64,000 nt of DNA, taken from NCBI GenBank assembly GCA_051362555.1, contig CM120642.1, forward strand, positions 15,128,001 to 15,192,000, written 5' to 3'. The DNA comes from Lingula anatina. Its lineage: Eukaryota > Animalia > Brachiopoda. The translations under genes were made by a program, and so were the position numbers. The notes beneath the pieces were generated by a model. The model was not told the origin of the DNA, did not search any database, and worked only from the letters and a program-made list of their open reading frames with translations. Shown here piece after piece: positions 51,434 to 64,000 of this stretch. The first letter of the stretch is position 1. Every line of letters begins with the position of its first letter.

Positions 51434-54400
51434 GCAGTTAAACAGTTTTTTGTGAAAATTTAATTTTTCACATATTGGCATTTTCAAGGTGTGACTTTAA
51501 AGTTCCATGATCCTGAAGACTTTTGCTTGTCACATTTTCTGAATGTCCATGTTACTAATATTTTATTAATAACATTTGATTGTCATTATGCTGTTAAACA
51601 TTATGTAATGTTGCATCAAAATTTGAAGAAACCCCTATTTTGTGCACTGCTCCTATGATGACCATTTAAGGGAAATCATGTCACTTACTGTTCTCAAACT
51701 TACAGGAAAGAAACATGGGTCTAACATACAGCTTCAATAGGCAACGCAGTCTGTTTGGTGAATTTTTCTGGCAATTTAACAGTTTTTTGTGAAAATTTAA
51801 TATTTCACTTATTTGCATCTTTATTTTCTGTTTTTTTGTCTGTACATTTGACAGCTTTGCTGCCTTGTTCTTATATGAAAATTCATTTTCACTTGTTGAA
51901 TTTGTACTTTTTATGTAAGATCAATTGAATATGAATTAGAAAATAAGACTGTCTTGATCAGATTGTGATAATAATAATTATAATTAATCTCATTTCTTGC
52001 TCTGTTTTTAATCATAATCACTCTGTCTTGGAGTAATAAAAATAAATTGATGTTTCAGGAGTATGCAGAGTGTCTGGAAAGATCTTGGAGATACAGAGAA
52101 GGATCAGAAGATGGTGACGGCTGTATTGTTTGAAGAAGAAGGTTCATATGTTGGGCAGGAGGTAAGAGCACACAGAGAGGTCATCATGCTGTCTTTGGCT
52201 GTATTCCCAAAGCTTTTAGATCGATCTATCCCCGCGGGGAGTCTCACTAGATTGCTGTCAGATAATCCGGCTTAAATGTCCGTCCCGCCAACTACAAGCT
52301 GTAAGGGGGTAATTAACTTTCGTGTCCGCTCGGCTGACAGCTATTTAGCATGAACCCCCAGGGAGTAAGGTCGATCTAAAGTAGATCGATCTAAAGTAGA
52401 TCGATCTAATCTCTGGAAATGGGGTCTTTGTTATTGATGAATGTCTTCCAAGACAATATAAAAACCTCCAATTCTCTTCTGTCAATTAATTCCCATCTTG
52501 TTTTTATATGGAAAAGGGATGAAGGTATTTGTAATTTATATAGATATATGTGTGTTGTATTTGATAACCCCTATACAGAGCTGCACGGCTTTTGTGCTGG
52601 TATATTTAAATATTTTTAAATGTCTGCTTTCTTCTCTGACTGCACATTAAAGGGATAATAACTCTTCGTATGATATCTATATTTCACAATAAAAACATTG
52701 TGAACAACTCATAGAAATATAATATATTCTGTTTTACCACAAAAACGGCAGTTATAGCTATTATTCTGATATCTGAGCTTGTCTTCAGATCACGTGACCT
52801 CCATTGATGGCTGTACTCTGTTATAATCTCTTAAGAGATTTTAACAAAAAACCAAACTTTTTAGAAAAAAACCAGGGACTAACTTTGAATTTAAAAATGG
52901 ATTCATTAACCATTGGTAAGTATGGGAAAATTGTTGTTTACTCCAGGAAAATTCATTTTTTGGCCAAAACAAAGAGTTATTATCCCTTTAAGTGATACAT
53001 ATTTTCACAACACAGTTGGACCCCTGAATCCATCAGATGACATTTTTGATCATGATCAGAGATTTCCCAGATCATACCACTTAAGTCTTTTTACAACCAT
53101 TGCATGGTAGCAAGATAACAGGTGTGACACAGTGATTGACTACCCCCCCCCCCCCTCCTCTTCTTTACCAATTTGCTTCACTCTTAAAGCAGTGACTGTG
53201 TCAGAGAAGAATTTCATCAGCTGTGTTATGTTGTAAGAATAAAGTATTTTTTTCTGTCAAGAGCTTAAATAGTTTACCTCCAATAGTTCAATGTCTCATC
53301 ATAACAATCATTCCCTGATGAAGATGTCCTGTTAGACAACAAAATATTTGAGGTTAACTATTTCAAAATTAAGCTGTTGATTGAAGAAAAATTACTTTAT
53401 TCTTAAAGCAGTGTGTTTTAAACATGGCTCCTAACCCTAAACAATATGATTAATTGTAGTTAGAGAATAAATATAGTTAACATGTTGAATGCATTGTATT
53501 ATATTTCAATCTTGTGTCATCAGGTGATCCTCTCTGTCTTGCCATACCGTGAGAAGATAATCGTGCGGCGTATGCTAAAGCAGGATATGAGGAAGATTCA
53601 AGTAGACAGTCTGCCAGCACTTGTTCACCTTGACAAAACTGGGAGCTACTCAGAACTAGCACTGTAGGTTGAAATGTTACTCTTAGTATGGTTTGAGTTA
53701 TCTTGATTGCATCATTGTTACAGTTGATACTCATAGTTCACCAGATAGAGTTAAAGCAATGGTACAAAATTATAACGTGTATGCTTCATACTTTGAATTT
53801 ACTAATACAGCTTTATTTCAACTTCACATTTGTTATCAATACTTTCACTAGCCAAATTTCAAAAGATTTTATAATCCAACACTGCCTCAGAGCATATGGG
53901 AACTGCAGCTTACAGTTACTATTCATTCCTGACTATTTTCTACTTAAGAGAAAGAAGGTAGACCAACTGGCACATTTATCTCATCTTTTTTGTTTATTAG
54001 AGGAGAAACAAAGAGTCTTGTATTCATTCGAGAACTGTATAACCTAGCTGGCATAGATGAGGAGGAAGAAGAAGGAGAGGTTCAAAAGGATGATGGCAGT
54101 TTACTTCTTATTGATGCTGGGTAGGTGCCCATCACAACAAAGACACACTATTAGTTTAGCCTGAATAAGTCATTACTTTTCTCAGTAAGAAAAGAATGTA
54201 AGCATTTTCATGTGGACACTAAAATTCTATCATTTTCTTTATTTATTCTAAATCATTTGTTTTTATTTTTATTTTTGATAATTGGCTAACCATTCCACAT
54301 TAATGTTGTAAGCAATTGTTATGAGGTAGTGACCATCTTTATCTTGGTCAAAATTGTCTGCTTCCCCAGATGATGGTAGGTATAAGATCAGTAACTTATG

Positions 54401-57400
54401 TAAGCAGGTGTGCCATTTGGCCACATTTCTTGGGGAAAAGATTTGTCAAGTATTTATTATGTGTCATACTATTATTGACTCCTAGATCTTTTTTTTCTTT
54501 TTTGTTTGTAGGTTGAGAGTATATATGCAAGATTTGGAGTCCACCCTTCATTACTCATTTAGAAAAGAGATTTGCAACTTTAAAGTGGTGAAAGGTGAAG
54601 ATCTGGCAGCATTGAAGTCATATGTCAGTGTTTTGTCCAAGGTATATATCACTTCTAATACTGTGACATACAGCACATGGTGTGTACTACTATTAATTAT
54701 AAGAAAGTAACTTTCCATTGCAAAGATCATTTTATTATGCTTTGCAGAGGAACCGAATGCAGTTCTTTTTATTGATGTACTAGTACATTTCTTCTCCTGT
54801 TTGTAGTTACTGTCAGTAGTGATTTTGACGTGTTTTTTTTTTTTTTTTTTTTTTTTGTTTTGTTTTGTTTTGTTTTTTTATGAGTGTGTGTGCGTGTGTT
54901 TGAATGAAAATAAAACTTGATACACATTTATATGTGGACTGTTAGGATACATGACAAGGTCTCTGTGGTAATGGGACAATGCAAAACACTTGAAAAGTGT
55001 AATTAGAAACCTACAATCTTGCATTTGCTGCATCTTTAAGAATTCATCACATATCATCTTGTAGAGATACAGTAACTGCACATGTCTGTGAAAATCTTTC
55101 TGTTCTCAAAAGATGCTATTTGTAAAAGAAATCCAACCATCCGGCATATCCAGTTAACCAGGCAGAGAGCCTTCCATAATTGATTTAATATAAGTCTAAT
55201 CTCATAGTTTACATTATAGGATGCCATTCAAGAGAAGTTAATATTAAGCAACATTTTATTGGCCTTTGTTCATCTATTTCAGTATTTCCCTGGACAGCCC
55301 CATGTGGTCAAGTACCTGTGGTCACTAAATAAATGGATGCAGAGTGTCAGTGGACAGGTCACAGACAAAGAGTGGGAAGCTAAGGTTAAGGAACTTAAGG
55401 TGGGTGACCAAATACATATAGCATGCAAAACAAAGGTTAAACCATTAAGAGCCATGATTGGGAAGAACTTGTTATTTCTTTGTAATAGAATGCTAAGGGA
55501 CCATGTGTTTTTGTAGTGATTTTCATTAAATTATTTTCACACTTTCTTTTAAGACAGATGGTGCTTGTGATAAAGGATAAGGCTAACAAGTAATATTATA
55601 TAAAGAAACCTAATGGTTCACAAAAAGGAGGTCTCTTAAATAGTTATACATTTATTGAGTATTTTTACATTATAAAATTGAGTGGTTGATTACCAGAAAA
55701 TGTATATTATTTTCAGAACCACTGGTTTTAGAAAACCAAAATTTGTTAAAAACTCAAACAATTAGTTAAGTTTTAAAACTTAACAGTTTTAAAAACTGAC
55801 CATCATAAACAATGAATGCAACTCATGAATTTAGAAGTGAGACAATAGTAATGTTATTTACAGAAAATAAAAATAAATAAATAAATAAATAAATAATTCA
55901 ATTTCATTTCTGTTCTAGACTAAGGATGCTTACCTGCCAGAAGTGACCAAGTGGGTTGCCTGCCAGGGGAGTGCAGAGAAGTACAGGGGCTATCCTTGTG
56001 GACTCTGGACCCTGTTTCATGTATTATCAGTACAGGCTGTGGATGTCAACCTAGACAGTAAGTTCTCTTTTCCATGGCATTATTCTGTGGGTAGAACCCC
56101 CTTTACACTGGACAGTGTCCTTTTTGCGTCCTTTGTGCGACCATGAAACTGGCATCGCTGTGGTCATAGAAAGGAGACACAAGCATTGCTTTGGTTGCAG
56201 AATGAATGCTCAATGATCAGCCAGTTGTTGACAAGTATTTTTACACTCTCAAACGGGCCGTACTCCTGGGCGTAGAAAGGATGCCATCCAGTGTAAAGGG
56301 GGCTTAAGTAGCGATTCAGTAATCTGAGTATATTTTTGTAGACCCTCTCTGCTCAGCCATTCTTCAACTTATTAATTCTTGGTTGTTATGACCGGAGAAG
56401 TTTTAAAGTATTAGCAGAAATTTAGTTGATGTCTTTCACCCAGCATTATATTTTTCCAGACCCCTTTCTGCACAGGTGCACCTTCACTGATATCAATTTA
56501 GATTAAGATTTTACATATCCATGAAGTTTGGGTTCCTTTCTCTTTAAAATTTATATCTGAACTCCTTTTGTAATAAATATATACATAGATTTAATAACTG
56601 GGAATATTACCAAGATTTTATTAATCAGCATCACAGTGAAGTCTGGTGGGATTTATCTTTATTATGTAATATGCTGTTAAGTTAGACATGCTGCATGCTG
56701 ACAGAGTCATGACAGATCAGGTGTCATCTGTTTGTAAGCGCTTTTCTCCAAGTGGTGGTAAGCTTAAGTCCAGCGTAACAGGGGCTTTAAGGTATAGGAT
56801 ATAGAGCCCATCATCACCATACTTTATCTATATAATTTTATCATATCTTAATTATACACATAATATTTCAGTTTTAGAATTATATTTCACAAGCATTTTT
56901 TTTTTTAATTCTAGGGAAGTAAATGTAGATAATTCCCATATAATGCTTAGCAGAAGGCAGCATCGTCACCGTTGTCACAATCTTAGTCGTCTTTTGTAAC
57001 ACATATCTGATGCTTCCACCACTTTTATAATGGTAAAAAAACGCAATAACAGAAAATATTCAGGTGTGCTGTGTACCCCATTATTACTTGGACAAGATTC
57101 ATTTACTGTAACACCACCTGCTCATCATTATAAGGTAATTATTTTACATAACACTTCATGTCACTGTAGGCAACAGTGTAACACAATGGACTTTTAATAA
57201 GAATCCATTTAGAATGGTTTTTATGGAAGTTGAACTCGTTAAAGGTGCTTCCTATGGGAAAATGGATCTAGCCATCTCCATGTGATGTTAAATGAGCCCC
57301 AGGTACCTGAATTCACTACAGCTTATCTTTATTCTCTGGCAGGATGCTGTGTAAGCCAAATGCAGAATGTAAAATTAAAACATTTAACGGGTCTTCTTTT

Positions 57401-60060
57401 GTTACAGGTAGTCAAATTATCTTGCACGTTTGGCATAACCTTTAAATGCTAGTATGAGACAAATTAGGGCATGTAGGTGGAGACAAATTGTGTGGTAATT
57501 TGAAAAATTAAATAAATGGCAGTCGTATAATTGCTTGTCGTAGCAGAAAATATTTTAAGGTTCTTTTGTCTCAACACATTAAGTGTTTTTGAACAGAAAC
57601 CTCTGGTAAGGTTATTATTGAATTTACTTTTTTGAAAGGCGAACCACAGTGCTCATGCCCGTAAATAAACCATTGTTAGAGAATATGGAAGATATTTGAT
57701 TTTCTGACTTTGTACCATTGACAAATCTGTAGTCTGTAGTTGCGTAAGTTGCCTGTGAAAGCTGCAGCCATTTTTTTTTTAACACTTCTCCTTGTGAAAT
57801 AAGTGATATGTGTGCTTCTAGATAACTTGCATCAACACTTGTGAGTGATCAGGCTGATAATATAAGATAAGCAGGATTTTTGTGATTCTTTGTCAAATTA
57901 CGCCCAAGTACAGAAATTTGACTGGATAACTGTGTGAGCTGTGATTCTTTCATAATTGAGAATGTTATAAAAGAGCAAGCTTAAATCTACCACCTGTCGA
58001 CCTGCTGCAGGTAAAATTATGTAAAACCAGTTCTTACCGCAGGCAACTTTAAGTTAATATATTATACCTAAAATAGTCAAATTTCAAAGCGTCAGAAGTC
58101 AAGAATAGAGTCAGACCCCCCCCACCCCCACCCCCCCACCCCCCACCCCCCCCCACCCCGTACACATCATTCACAGTTTTTAGTATTTCTGTTTTACATT
58201 GTTAAAACCAGATCTTTAAAATAAGGTAATCAGTTGCTCCTATTTTAGAAGATATGTGCCAGTCTGTACTAGTAGGTGATTTAATGGAAAGAGCTTTGTG
58301 AAACAATTAAAATTGTGTGTATTTCTCACTTCAGTTGTCATATCTTATCTCGCCTAGCACAAAATCCATAAAGTTGGCTTTGCAAATCAGCAAGAGCACT
58401 TCACTGCCATATGGTGTGACTGCACAAAGATAAGTGTCCTACATGAGTTAAAGAGTTCCTGGAATTTATAGCTAATACCTTACAAAGGCACATCAATTAG
58501 CTTCATTGTCTTTCTGTTGAAAGTCTCTTATCTTGAGCCTTTAATTAATAATACCTAGAAGTTCAGGGTTGTGTGGTATTGATCTTTTTTTCACTTTTGG
58601 TCTTTGTAAACTACATTTCTTTCATGCCAGTAATGTAGGCAGTGTTTTTCATGGCTGATAATATGGCAATTCTTTTAGTTGCAATTATTTTTGTTTATAC
58701 CCATTGGAGCCTGGAAAGAGTTGAAATAAACCTGTATAAAAGAAAACACTTTGCTCCTGTTTAAGAGATCTTGTGCCATCATATTTTCAAGTTCTGTTTT
58801 GGAAGCCATATTGCACAATGAGTTCAGAAGATTTTAAACATTTGAAGATGCATCTCAAGTGATTATTACTATGACTTAATCAGTACAATGGTGCTTTATG
58901 GATTATTATAAAAAGTCTCATTAACCTAATGGATATTGTTTGATATTTTAAAGAGCCACGTATGTTGAATGTGCTTCATGCCAACTTGCATGACTAGAGC
59001 ATAGAAATTATAATAAATATCTAATTAACAAAAATGAATATTGGTTCATGCTTTAAGGAATTGGCTGTTACATTATTGATGTTTTGAAATGCTCTTACAG
59101 GTATTACACTAAAAAAAAAAAGAAAGGTCAGATAATGTAACTTATTGTTATTGTTTCTATTATTATTATATGAGGTAATTGTTTGGAAGGAGGGGATTAC
59201 CCTTGAAAGATATCATCAGAGGCATATGTATTAATTGTTTTTCCTTTTGTAGGGAATCTTTTTGATTTAACTGCAAACAAATGCTCCATTTCTTCATTGT
59301 TAAATGTTATTGATAATTAAAACCAATAAAACTGATTATTTTGTACATTTCAGATGAAGACTTTGAGGCTGCTGAGGTATTATTTGCCATGGATGGCTAC
59401 ATCACACGTTTCTTTGGCTGTCGAGAGTGTGGAAAGAACTTCAAATACATGTCTTCCAAGCTGGAAAAAGGGGTTGGTGATATCAATTATGGCATCATGT
59501 GGATGTGGGAGGCCCACAATAAAGCTAACAAGAGACTCCATGGAGACCTAACGGAGGACCCCAAACATCCAAAAATTCAGTTTCCCACTTACGAAACCTG
59601 CCCAAGTTGTCATCATAGTACTCCAAGTTCTCCATTTAACAAAGATATGAAAATTTGGGACAGAAAAGAGGTATTGAAATTTTTAAAACTTTTATATGGC
59701 AAGCAAAATATTATAATGGACCTAGGGGACACAGAGAAAAGTAGGGGCCAGGCCATGGTAGACAGCAGAGAACAAAAGCAGGAGTTGGCTAAGCTACAGG
59801 CCATTAGAAGACAAAAACAACAGGCCATGGAGACTGAGGCAAAAATTAGAAATGACAGAATACAGAGACTTCGAGAACAAGAGCTCGAGACGCGTCATTT
59901 ACCAGGACAACGGGTCCCAGGCTCCTGGAACTTCACCTCCGTGGATTTATCTCTATGCGTGCTGGTCTACTTTGTGGCCACCGGGATTATAGTTCTGCTG
60001 TATTTTCATATATCTAGAAGGAGAAAGAAGGCAGCCAGTTTGAAAAGTTGTTGTGTGTAA
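47693..60060 (+). CDS. QSOX: Quiescin sulfhydryl oxidase (Trx + Erv/ALR domains, C-terminal TM), 649 aa
   Basis: Exons 47693-47939, 48815-48915, 49676-49821, 52059-52161, 53524-53663, 54001-54120, 54512-54641, 55283-55399, 55919-56057, 59354-60060 (1950 nt). Signal peptide; VEFYSSWCGHC; VYMQDLES; CQGS..YRGYPCGLWTLFH; FFGCREC; WEAHNKANKRL..EDPKHPKIQFP..CPSC; TM followed by RRRKK. Confidence 0.95.
49929..50715. repeat. 161-bp tandem satellite (4 near-identical units plus 1 diverged)
   Basis: Unit starts A(C)CGATAACAC.ATAAGTGGAAAACC at 49929, 50090, 50251, 50412 and a diverged start near 50573. Confidence 0.93.
51108..51810. repeat. ~350-bp two-copy tandem repeat inside the HINE
   Basis: TTGGCATTTTCAAGGTGTGACTTT...GCAGTCTGTTTGGT repeated at ~51116 and ~51475. 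Confidence 0.85.
52197..52426. mobile_element. ~220-bp MITE copy 4 in QSOX intron 4
   Basis: Closely matches copy 3 (46687-46901), with a duplicated TAGATCGATCTAA. Confidence 0.82.
53195..53400. mobile_element. Second, more degenerate Penelope-like inverted pLTR/hammerhead remnant
   Basis: Inverted arms share TCAAGAGCTT and TACCTCCAATA with the 24.2-kb element. CTGATGA-AGA-TGTC-loop-GACA-AC-AAAA-TATT at 53315-53348; 13-bp direct repeat TCTTAAAGCAGTG at 53182 and 53401. Confidence 0.6.
56096..56304. mobile_element. MITE in QSOX intron 9
   Basis: TIR CCCCCTTTACACTGGA / TCCAGTGTAAAGGGGG. Confidence 0.7.
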
Positions 60061-62722
60061 TTGCTTGCCCTTCATCAGTTTGGTTGTATGTAGTGCCATG
60101 GTGTGGACTGTGAGGGGGCGGGGGGGGGGGGGGGGGAGGGACTGGGGGTGAGTCAGAATGGTAAACCACAAATGCCCCCTTTTCGTCTTTGTATTCAGAG
60201 TCCTATTTATGAGTTCTGCAAGATCATTGAGGAGAGTGGAAGAGAAGTAAACATTTAGCAGAATTGTTAGAGTATTTGTTATCAAGACATGCTTATTAAC
60301 ACGCAAAAGAAAAGCTTATTTATATTTATAAACAAAGAGTGATGGAACAGTGATAATGAAATGCTAAACAGCTTCCCATGCATGGTCCTTTTTTTTTTTT
60401 TTTTTATATAATATTTATATTTATAAGGAGAGAGACTGCTGAACTGTTAACTTTCATAACCATGCTCTCTGACAACTGCATGTTAACATTATTTTGTAAA
60501 TAAACATGGTTAGAAATATATATTTTAGCTTGAAAATACCATTTCAATGTTTGAAGATCAATTATATGTAGCAATCTTAATGTCTACTTATTTTTAATAA
60601 CTTTATTTGCTTGCCCTCTTAGACAGCTGAGCACAATTTTCTACAGCATGATATGTCATTGATAAACTGCAGTCATTCCATCTTGAATATAAGGATTACC
60701 TTAAGTGACCAAAATATGAGAAAATGAAAATATCTTATTTGTTCTGATTACCTGCTTTACATTTCATCTTCTGTAAAATGATATTTGGTAGTGAGACATC
60801 GAGATAAGTTTTATTTATAGGAGTTTGAAAAGAAATCTTATTTTCAGAGTATGAGCTATAATAGTGCCGGGCCCTGGTAACAGGCTCCTTTAATTTATTT
60901 GAGTATGATAGTAGATCTTATTATTGTGTTTGATATTTTATTTGTATTACCTAGTTCTCAAAATATGTTTCTCTTGTGAATGGTCACTGACATTAATAAA
61001 TATTAATCAAAAGAAGAAATGGTGCTGACCCACATGAAAGTATAAACAAGGATTTTTTAGTGGTCTGAATTAATGTATTAATATAACACAGTTGTTTTCA
61101 TGAAGGTTGAAGACATTTTTGTCCATAAGATTCTTTCATGGTAGGTTATTATTTTTCATTAACTACGCAATGGTTCTTATCAGTATCGTTTATAATTATA
61201 TGTTTCAAGTTGCACACAAATATATCATATTTCTAATTGAAGCATATTTTCTTACCTATTATTTACAATTATATTATTTAATTACAAATTCATGATCTTT
61301 TCAACATGCTTTCCGTCAATCGGCTTACGTGGGCGATGGGCTAAAGTAGTTAGCAAGTATTTAGGCGATTATAATGAAAACGTCATACCCTATACCAGGG
61401 CCACAGATTGATTTTTTTACTAGAAATTTACAGATAACGTCTCTGGCTAATTTATTGCACATTTCCCCACCGTGGAGAAACGTGCGCTCAGTTATTCTGC
61501 GGCTCTGGTAGAGGGTTGAAACGTCAGGCCAAACAGAAAGGTGTTACACTTTGTTCGTCCATATTACAGCGAAGTAACGCTCTAGAATAAGAGTCCTGCA
61601 AATGAGAACTTGTAGGCTGAAGTATTTTTAAAAATAATTTAACCTCCTTATCTCTACGCCATATTCAAGTAATGGTTGACATACATACTGTTACAATATA
61701 ACACTCAGAGCTGAAAAGCATAAGTGTAGGGTTTTTAGCAGCGTGAAGTCTGTGAGTTAATTGATTGGCAATATGCGACTTCATTTACTAAGTTTATAAA
61801 GTGAAAATTGGATTAACTGCAAAGGAAGCAACAAAAAAATGACATGTCTACAGACATGTTACGGTGAAGTGTGATAATGAATCCTTGTGGAGGCGACGAA
61901 TTAAAAAAAAAGACCAAAAAATTGGTAATTGAAAGGAGCGAAAAGGGCGAAAATTACATATATAACTTTATGATATTGGGTGAACAGAGTCAAAAGCGAT
62001 CAATAGGCGTCATATGGTATCCATGCATCTCTCTGACGGTATTGCTTTAGTTTATCATTAGTTTATCATTTTTAACCTATGTATATCGGTACAAAATATG
62101 TGACACCCACCGCTGTTTCAAACATTCCATTGAGTCTACGCGAGGACAGAGTACTTGTGAACACTTGCAAATTATTTTGTACAAGTAGGTAATGATATTG
62201 TTTTTGCATAATATTCAGAAATGACTTGGTTCAAATATTTTTCCATGTATCCAAGCGATGTGTTAACTAGAAAAGTGTCAGCATAAGTGGTTATAATTTG
62301 AATCTTTAAAAAAAAAAGAAGAAAGAATGAATGAATTATGAAAGTTTGTGTTGCAGTATCGCTTTTAACGTACATAACATACTTGGTGCATGCATATGCG
62401 CGTCATTATCTGGGGAAAGGTCCATTAGTAACACTTGATCCTGTCTAAGTGGATTACTGAAAAGGATTTACTGTAAGTAGTGACGATAAAGATAATGTTG
62501 GCAGTATTTCAGGTGTTCATGAATCACCTAACCAATGCCGACTTTTTGAAATAAATTGCAAATATTCTGAAATTGTTGATTAAGGCTGCTTTCTGCTTAC
62601 CTTTCAAATTGTCAAGCAGTTACAGGTATAACATTATAAGAGTCCCGATGCCAAAAACAAAGTTGGATTTAAAAAAAACGACCTGACAGTGTAAACTCTC
62701 GTCTGTACGTATGACGGGTCAT

Positions 62723-62870
62723 CAGGGCCCCGTAACTCGAAAGCATTGCGAATTGCGACCGAGCGCAAGCGTCTCTATTCTGTAACTCGCTCATACCCGC
62801 CTCATGTAATACATAGTAGCCTCCATGTGATAGAGTTATTCGCAAATACTTTCGAGTTACGGGACCCTGG
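62723..62870. mobile_element. Short MITE
   Basis: CAGGGCCCCGTAACTCGAAAG / CTTTCGAGTTACGGGACCCTG inverted ends. Confidence 0.7.
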
Positions 62871-63209
62871 GATTAACAGCACATTCTAGCAATATTGATG
62901 AGCACGGTCAGCTACAATCCAGCAACAGAACTCGAGTTTCGAATCTCTTTTCATCCCAAAGAGCCCAATTAAGTGATGAATAGCCCAGAAATCATAAAAG
63001 ATCAGTCTTCATTGTAGCCGTGGCAGTTGGAGTTTCATCCCATCGATCTGAAATGACTTTAGGCTTTCTGTCAATACCCATTCTCAATTTATATCCGTCG
63101 TTGATAAGAAATATATCTTTACGAATAAAATAACACGTTTCCTTGTGAACCTCAGTTTATTACACTATATGATTGTCTTAAGGCTGCTGCACTCAGTCCC
63201 CATCTGGGA

Positions 63210-63545
63210 TAATAATAAGAATAATATTTTATTTAAGTCTAAAATCCGCTTAATATAACATGTTTGGTAGACTTTAAACAAAACAAGTGCTTTACAACAT
63301 AATTACCAAGACATAAAAATTTTAAAAGAATAACAAAGATTAACATTTTACATTACATCAGCCTAATTTTCATAAACCAATTACAATTAAAATGAACAAT
63401 AAATTATTGTAAAAAGACATGTTTTTAAATCCTTTTATAATTATCAGTTGATTCAATTGAGCGGATTTCAATTGGTATCATATTCGATTCCATTGGATTT
63501 GGAATAAAGCCCAGATAACATTTGCCATGCGGTGCTCGTATACTG
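63210..63545 (-). mobile_element. Possible CR1-like LINE 3' end remnant
   Basis: Minus strand ...IPIEIRSIESTDNYK followed by an AT-rich UTR and a (TTA)n-like tail. Weak resemblance only. Confidence 0.35.
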
Positions 63546-64000
63546 CTCTTGAATCCCATTTCGTGTGGCGTCTGTGTGGAGGCAGGTAGTGGTCGTGCGA
63601 AATCGTACAAATCGCACGGATTTGCCTCCAAAGCCTCTATGAATTTCACAAATTTAAAACTTTTGACAAAACTTTAACATCGCGTAATAGACCGTAGTAT
63701 TATCGTATATGACAACGGAGGTCCCGTTCGGGCTTTGTTCAGTGGTCTTGCGGCGACCGTGATTCTTGTTGTTCTTTTCAACCATTTTTGGAAGGCATAA
63801 CGATAGTACCGATGTTTTAACTGGCGTGTGTACTTTTTGCATGTATTTGATTTGTGCTTTTCCTTCTTACCTCATGGGTTGAAAATCGTAGGGCACTGCA
63901 CCGTCAAAGCGTCAATCTGCAAAAAAACCGCACTGAAGGCGTGCGGCAACTTTCGAAAAGGGCTCCGTACGACCACTTTTCAGCCGAAAAGCCGATTTCC

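Larger units (their letters stand above)
49846..51869 (+). mobile_element. Helentron-associated non-autonomous element (HINE/DINE-1 type) with internal tandem repeats
   Basis: 5' T-run, then hairpin ATGTACAGACACA-GA-TGTGTCTGTACAT and a (GTCGCC)n microsatellite; 3' subTIR GTCTGTACAT (51838-47), stem-loop GACAGC-TTT-GCTGCC, then TTGTT. Confidence 0.8.

Noticed and set aside
56400-59300. Nested gene in the long QSOX intron 9
   Set aside because: AT-rich with no ORF of 60 aa or more and no recognisable RNA gene; only a short C-rich tandem near 58115-58160.
61495-61535. GAAACGTCAGG resembling the 3' half of a PLE hammerhead
   Set aside because: No CUGANGA core upstream; at most a truncated relic.

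Overview
AT-rich, intron-containing invertebrate animal genomic DNA; the species cannot be determined from sequence alone. Five intact spliced genes were reconstructed by hand from GT-AG sites and phase continuity. (1) A 32-exon, ~1,890-aa type II membrane mosaic protein (4284-23276, +): cytoplasmic tail, TM, a betaglycan/endoglin orphan-domain-like module, SRCRx3, MAM, SRCR, MAM, SRCR, MAM, MAM, SRCR, chitin-binding CBM14 and C-type lectin. (2-4) Three paralogous 4-exon genes (26095-30279 +, 31985-34042 -, 39175-41370 -), only fragmentarily visible in the ORF track. They encode secreted, furin-site pro-proteins with a phospholipase A2-like core (YGNWCG ... PKDxLDxxCxxHDxC) and an unusual 14-17 Cys frame. 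(5) A membrane-anchored sulfhydryl oxidase QSOX (47693-60060, +) next to that cluster. Non-coding DNA holds inverted minimal hammerhead-ribozyme motifs typical of Penelope-like elements (24.2-24.5 kb, degenerate copy at 53.2-53.4 kb), a fold-back made of two Tc1 transposase 3' ends, a decayed Tc1, a Helentron-type HINE with a 161-bp satellite, several MITE families and LINE remnants. The most novel candidates are the PLA2-like cluster beside QSOX, the orphan-domain mosaic receptor and the hammerhead pair.
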